From an uncultured Planctomycetia bacterium (GTDB taxonomy: Bacteria; Omnitrophota; Gorgyraeia; B26-G9): 64,000 nucleotides of DNA. The position numbers were made by a program, and so were the translations under genes. The DNA lies in contig CAYTGV010000007.1 in the NCBI GenBank assembly GCA_964437495.1, forward strand, positions 17,563 through 81,562, in the 5' to 3' direction. Under the pieces are notes generated by a model, which saw nothing but the letters and a program-made list of their open reading frames with translations, was not told the DNA's origin and did no database searches. Below, piece by piece: positions 61,086 through 64,000 of the stretch. The first letter of the stretch is position 1; the number at the start of each line of letters is the position of its first letter.

Positions 61086-62336
61086 TCACTCTGGTTGCTT
61101 TTTACGCCAGAGAAATACCTTATCCTTTGGTTTTACTGTAAAGGGGAGTTTGATACCCGCAAGTTCCCCCTTGTTAATTTTATCGACAAATTCATGCCTT
61201 TGCTGCAACTCAACAGCAACAGTAAAGCTAGGCGGAGTACTCTTGCCGATAAATAAAATCTCCTGCCCCTTACGCAATGGCTTATTCTGCAAGCGAATTT
61301 CCGCAACATTGATTTTTTTAAAGAATTTAACAACTTCTCCTAAAAACACTTTTTCGTATGTGTTTTCAAGTTTAGTACTTATTGCATTCTGGGGTGCTCC
61401 AAAATAAAACCCGTTTGAAAACCCGCGATTAAATACTCTTTGCAGCTGCTCCTTAAGCTGTGCCTTTAAAACATCCGTAAGATTATCATTAAAATAAGCA
61501 TCTATTGCCGTGCGATATGCTTGAGTCACCACTTTCACATATTCCGGTGCGCGCCTCCGTCCTTCTATTTTAAATGCCTCTATCCCAGATTCGATTAATT
61601 CATCAATGAAATCTATGGTGCAAAGGTCTTTTGCACTCAACACATAATCTCTACCCAGTATATATTGGGCCTCTTCATCGGCGTCTTTTATTGAAAATTC
61701 TCTTCTGCAATATTGAAGACATTCTCCTTGATTAGCCGATTTCCCAGAGGAATAGCTTGAGAGAAAGCATCTGCCTGAAATACTAATGCACATAGCGCCA
61801 TGAATAAATGCCTCGATCTGACATTTTATATTTTGCTCCCTCTTTTTGCGTATAATTTTCTTTATATCAATAAGCGTACACTCACGTGCCAACACTGCCC
61901 GCTTAACCCCCAGCCTGGAAAAATTTTCAAGTGCCGCGCTATTAGATACGCTTGCCTGCGTAGAAAGATGTACCGGAAGTTTAAGCTTTTTTGCGATACT
62001 CATAACCGCCATATCCCACAAGATCACTCCATGTACTTTAGCCTGCTTTGCTTTTATAAGTATTGCCTCTGCTTTTTTCAGTTCATGTTCCATGATAATT
62101 ACATTAAGCGCCAGATACCCCTTTTTCTTATGCCCGGCCAAAAAGCGCATTATTTTTTTAAGCTCCATAGCATCAAAATTGCCGGCAAGATTCCGCATAT
62201 TCAGACCCTTAACGCCAAAATAGACACTATCTGCCCCTGCCTCTATGGCGCTGACAAGCCCGGCCCAGTCCCCGGCAGGGGCAATAAGCTCTGGCTTCTT
62301 TAATAGTTTATTTTGTTTGAATTTATTGTTTTTCAT
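61086..62336 (-). CDS. Peptidase U32-family protein (collagenase-like / RlhA-type).
   Basis: U32 signature region (E.F.HGAMCISISGRCFLSSY...) and N-terminal ELIAPAGD. The start is moved to MKNNKF (62336) to avoid a 23-nt overlap and to match family N-termini. Confidence 0.85.
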   Translation of the reverse strand: MKNNKFKQNKLLKKPELIAPAGDWAGLVSAIEAGADSVYFGVKGLNMRNLAGNFDAMELKKIMRFLAGHKKKGYLALNVIIMEHELKKAEAILIKAKQAKVHGVILWDMAVMSIAKKLKLPVHLSTQASVSNSAALENFSRLGVKRAVLARECTLIDIKKIIRKKREQNIKCQIEAFIHGAMCISISGRCFLSSYSSGKSANQGECLQYCRREFSIKDADEEAQYILGRDYVLSAKDLCTIDFIDELIESGIEAFKIEGRRRAPEYVKVVTQAYRTAIDAYFNDNLTDVLKAQLKEQLQRVFNRGFSNGFYFGAPQNAISTKLENTYEKVFLGEVVKFFKKINVAEIRLQNKPLRKGQEILFIGKSTPPSFTVAVELQQRHEFVDKINKGELAGIKLPFTVKPKDKVFLWRKKQPE

Positions 62337-62364
62337 ATATCGTTTGCCGGTTTTCCTACAAGAC

Positions 62365-63093
62365 TTATTTCTTTTCAGAGAGAACACATATTTTATTGCG
62401 TATATTTTCCAGTTTGCCGAAACAAATCAGTTTATCGCCTAAACCTATTTTCATCCGGGCCGAAGGATTCGGAATAATTTCCCCTGCTTTTTGTATAGCC
62501 AGCACAGTTATATCCGCATCCCGCAGCTGGGAGTTCATCAGCGTTGTATCTATTACAGGGCTGTCCTTGAATATTTCTATCTGAGAGATACCATACCCTC
62601 CTGTAGCCACCACCAGCTCTTCAAATGTTATGCGTTTTATAAGTTCATTTTTAATAAAACGCAGGCGCAAAAAATTTGTCATCTTTTTATCAAGCTGCGT
62701 ATATGTTGCAATACGATAACTTACGATTATAGCAATGATCACAATGCCTAGCTTTATCCATGGCTGCACAGATAACGGAAAAGCCGAGTTAAACAGTGAT
62801 ATAGTATAATCAGATGCAAACAGCTCCGGCCGCAACGAGTTAGCCAATGTAGCAATCAATGTAACAAACCCTGCATGCCCGAGAATAATAAGCGTCGAGG
62901 CTATACGCCTTCTCTGTTGATTATTAGTAACTAATTCAGATTCCCTTGTTGTAAAACCTGTTCCGGAAAAACAGGATAGAGCCTGAAAAGATGCCATTGA
63001 CCAATCAAGACCTGTAAGTTCAAATGCTATCGCACCCAGCCTGACCGCGATAAATGAGACAAACAACGCAATAAGAAATAACAAGACATTCAT
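62365..63093 (-). CDS. Two-TM pore-loop ion-channel-like protein with a C-terminal TrkA-C (RCK_C) domain.
   Basis: TM1, a pore-helix-like segment (SMASFQALSCFSGTGFTT) and TM2, then a TrkA-C-like domain (DSPVIDTTLMNSQLRDADITVLAIQKAGEIIPNP...GDKLICFGKLENI). The filter-like motif is GTGF rather than GYG. Confidence 0.5.
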   Translation of the reverse strand: MNVLLFLIALFVSFIAVRLGAIAFELTGLDWSMASFQALSCFSGTGFTTRESELVTNNQQRRRIASTLIILGHAGFVTLIATLANSLRPELFASDYTISLFNSAFPLSVQPWIKLGIVIIAIIVSYRIATYTQLDKKMTNFLRLRFIKNELIKRITFEELVVATGGYGISQIEIFKDSPVIDTTLMNSQLRDADITVLAIQKAGEIIPNPSARMKIGLGDKLICFGKLENIRNKICVLSEKK

Positions 63094-63096
63094 TGA

Positions 63097-63312
63097 TTAC
63101 TCCTTTGTTAATGTTTTAATTGTTTTGTGTCTCAATAAAGCAGCGCTCCAACCGATAACTATACCGGTTACAAGCGTAAGAAATAATATAATCGCCCGGC
63201 TGGTAGTAAAGGCCCAGAATAAGAACTTGATTTCAACTGTTTCATAATTTTGCGCTACAAAAACAACTAATAAAAATAACACGCCAATTCTCAGCCAAAA
63301 TTTCCACTGCAT
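63097..63312 (-). CDS. Small two-TM membrane protein, LapA/DUF1049-like.
   Basis: 71 aa. The pattern LVVFVAQNYETVEIKFLFW...LFLTLVTGIVIGW resembles the LapA (YciS) domain. Confidence 0.45.
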   Translation of the reverse strand: MQWKFWLRIGVLFLLVVFVAQNYETVEIKFLFWAFTTSRAIILFLTLVTGIVIGWSAALLRHKTIKTLTKE

Positions 63313-63329
63313 GCGTTACCTCCTGTAAA

Positions 63330-64000
63330 TTAGAATTTCTTTTTGAATTTTAGATATAATTTTTCTTCGCCTTCTTCGACCTGTTTGACTTCTTCTTCGA
63401 ACTGCTGTGTTTTTAACTGATTAAGCTGTTTTTCAGCATTAACAGATATTGAGTCTGTGAGCTTAACCTCGCCTTTAACAGTATGTGTAGTCGTATTATC
63501 AACATTTCCTTTGCAGTCTTCCTGCGGCGATTCCACCTCATACCCCAGCTTAATCTTATCTGAAAGCGAAGTATTAAGACCCATTGTATTAGTTTCATTG
63601 CGATAAATCAGCGATATATCGCTGATTCCAAAGCGTTTTGCGATCTTACTGCCTGTACCGGCAAAAAGAAAATAGTCCACAAAATCTTTGATCAAATCAG
63701 CAGACATCCTACCGCTTTGCAACGCACCCTGCGTACTGCCCCAGGCTCGCCCAGTAGCCAGCATAACCAATAATAGCTCCTGCGTCAAGGGAGGGTTTGA
63801 GCTTAATGTCAATTTAGGCTCATTTACGGTTCCCTGCAGTACCATGCTGATCGCCACATCCTCCACTTTTGCCACCCCCCGGATATTGAGTTTTGGTCTT
63901 TTCGGATCACCGACAAAAATTATCTTGCTCTCCTTTAGCTCTATCAACGCAGTTTTCCCTCCGGAAACCAGGCCTCCATGTAAAACAATTTCACCGTTCA
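63330..64000 (-). CDS. C-terminal part of a TamB-like (DUF490) translocation/assembly module protein. The ORF continues past the window end.
   Basis: ...PKLTLSSNPPLTQELLLVMLATGRAWGS... matches the TamB C-terminal motif. The frame stays open upstream of the track's TTG 'start' through to position 64000. Confidence 0.55.
   Translation of the reverse strand, partial: NGEIVLHGGLVSGGKTALIELKESKIIFVGDPKRPKLNIRGVAKVEDVAISMVLQGTVNEPKLTLSSNPPLTQELLLVMLATGRAWGSTQGALQSGRMSADLIKDFVDYFLFAGTGSKIAKRFGISDISLIYRNETNTMGLNTSLSDKIKLGYEVESPQEDCKGNVDNTTTHTVKGEVKLTDSISVNAEKQLNQLKTQQFEEEVKQVEEGEEKLYLKFKKKF

Noticed and set aside
1-64000. Mobile elements, integrases, CRISPR arrays, restriction-modification or other defence islands
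   Set aside because: There is no transposase, integrase or recombinase-like ORF, no regularly spaced direct repeats, and no methyltransferase or nuclease pair. The only large repeat is the tuf duplication.

Overview
This 64-kb window comes from a low-GC (roughly 40%) bacterial genome, and almost every gene is on the minus strand. Its centre (16.8–49.2 kb) is an uninterrupted ribosomal/transcription super-operon. Read 5'->3' on the minus strand it runs: tRNA-Thr, tuf, rpmG, tRNA-Trp, secE, nusG, rplKAJL, rpoB, rpoC, rpsL, rpsG, fusA, tuf, rpsJ, rplCDWB, rpsS, rplV, rpsC, rplP, rpmC, rpsQ, rplNXE, rpsN (Zn-type), rpsH, rplFR, rpsE, rplO, secY, adk, map, infA, rpmJ, rpsMKD, rpoA, rplQ. There is no L30 gene. 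Two apparently identical 1.2-kb tuf copies sit 15 kb apart. The left flank (1–16.8 kb) holds housekeeping and metabolic genes: an N-terminal receiver + GGDEF protein, a DUF362-ferredoxin, tatD, metG, ricT, holB and tmk (Bacillus-like synteny), nikR, a NifU-like gene, trpB2, aconitase, apbE, mdh and an aminotransferase. The right flank (49.4–64 kb) holds a CheY-like regulator, DUF192, a thioredoxin-like lipoprotein, an SPFH pair, three stand-alone CBS-pair genes, two tandem CBS + cation/H+ antiporter cassettes, a degenerate YchF-like gene, a U32 peptidase, a channel-like TrkA-C protein, a LapA-like protein and a TamB-like fragment (TamB and LapA suggest a diderm envelope). The 6-frame track missed several small features that were recovered by hand: rpmJ (L36), rpmG (L33), tRNA-Trp and tRNA-Thr. 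Several start codons were corrected on ribosome-binding-site evidence. I found no mobile elements, no CRISPR array and no obvious defence system. The most unusual signals are: the tandem CBS-sensor/antiporter duplication with asymmetric divergence; the identical tuf direct repeats; a YchF paralog lacking the GTPase core; a family of GC-rich 'CCCGCC' hairpins in r-protein spacers; and two multi-stem intergenic elements (upstream of tmk and at 10.95–11.5 kb). All calls rest on reading the sequence by eye and memory of protein families. Nothing was checked against a database. Coordinates of hand-derived features may be off by 1–2 nt.
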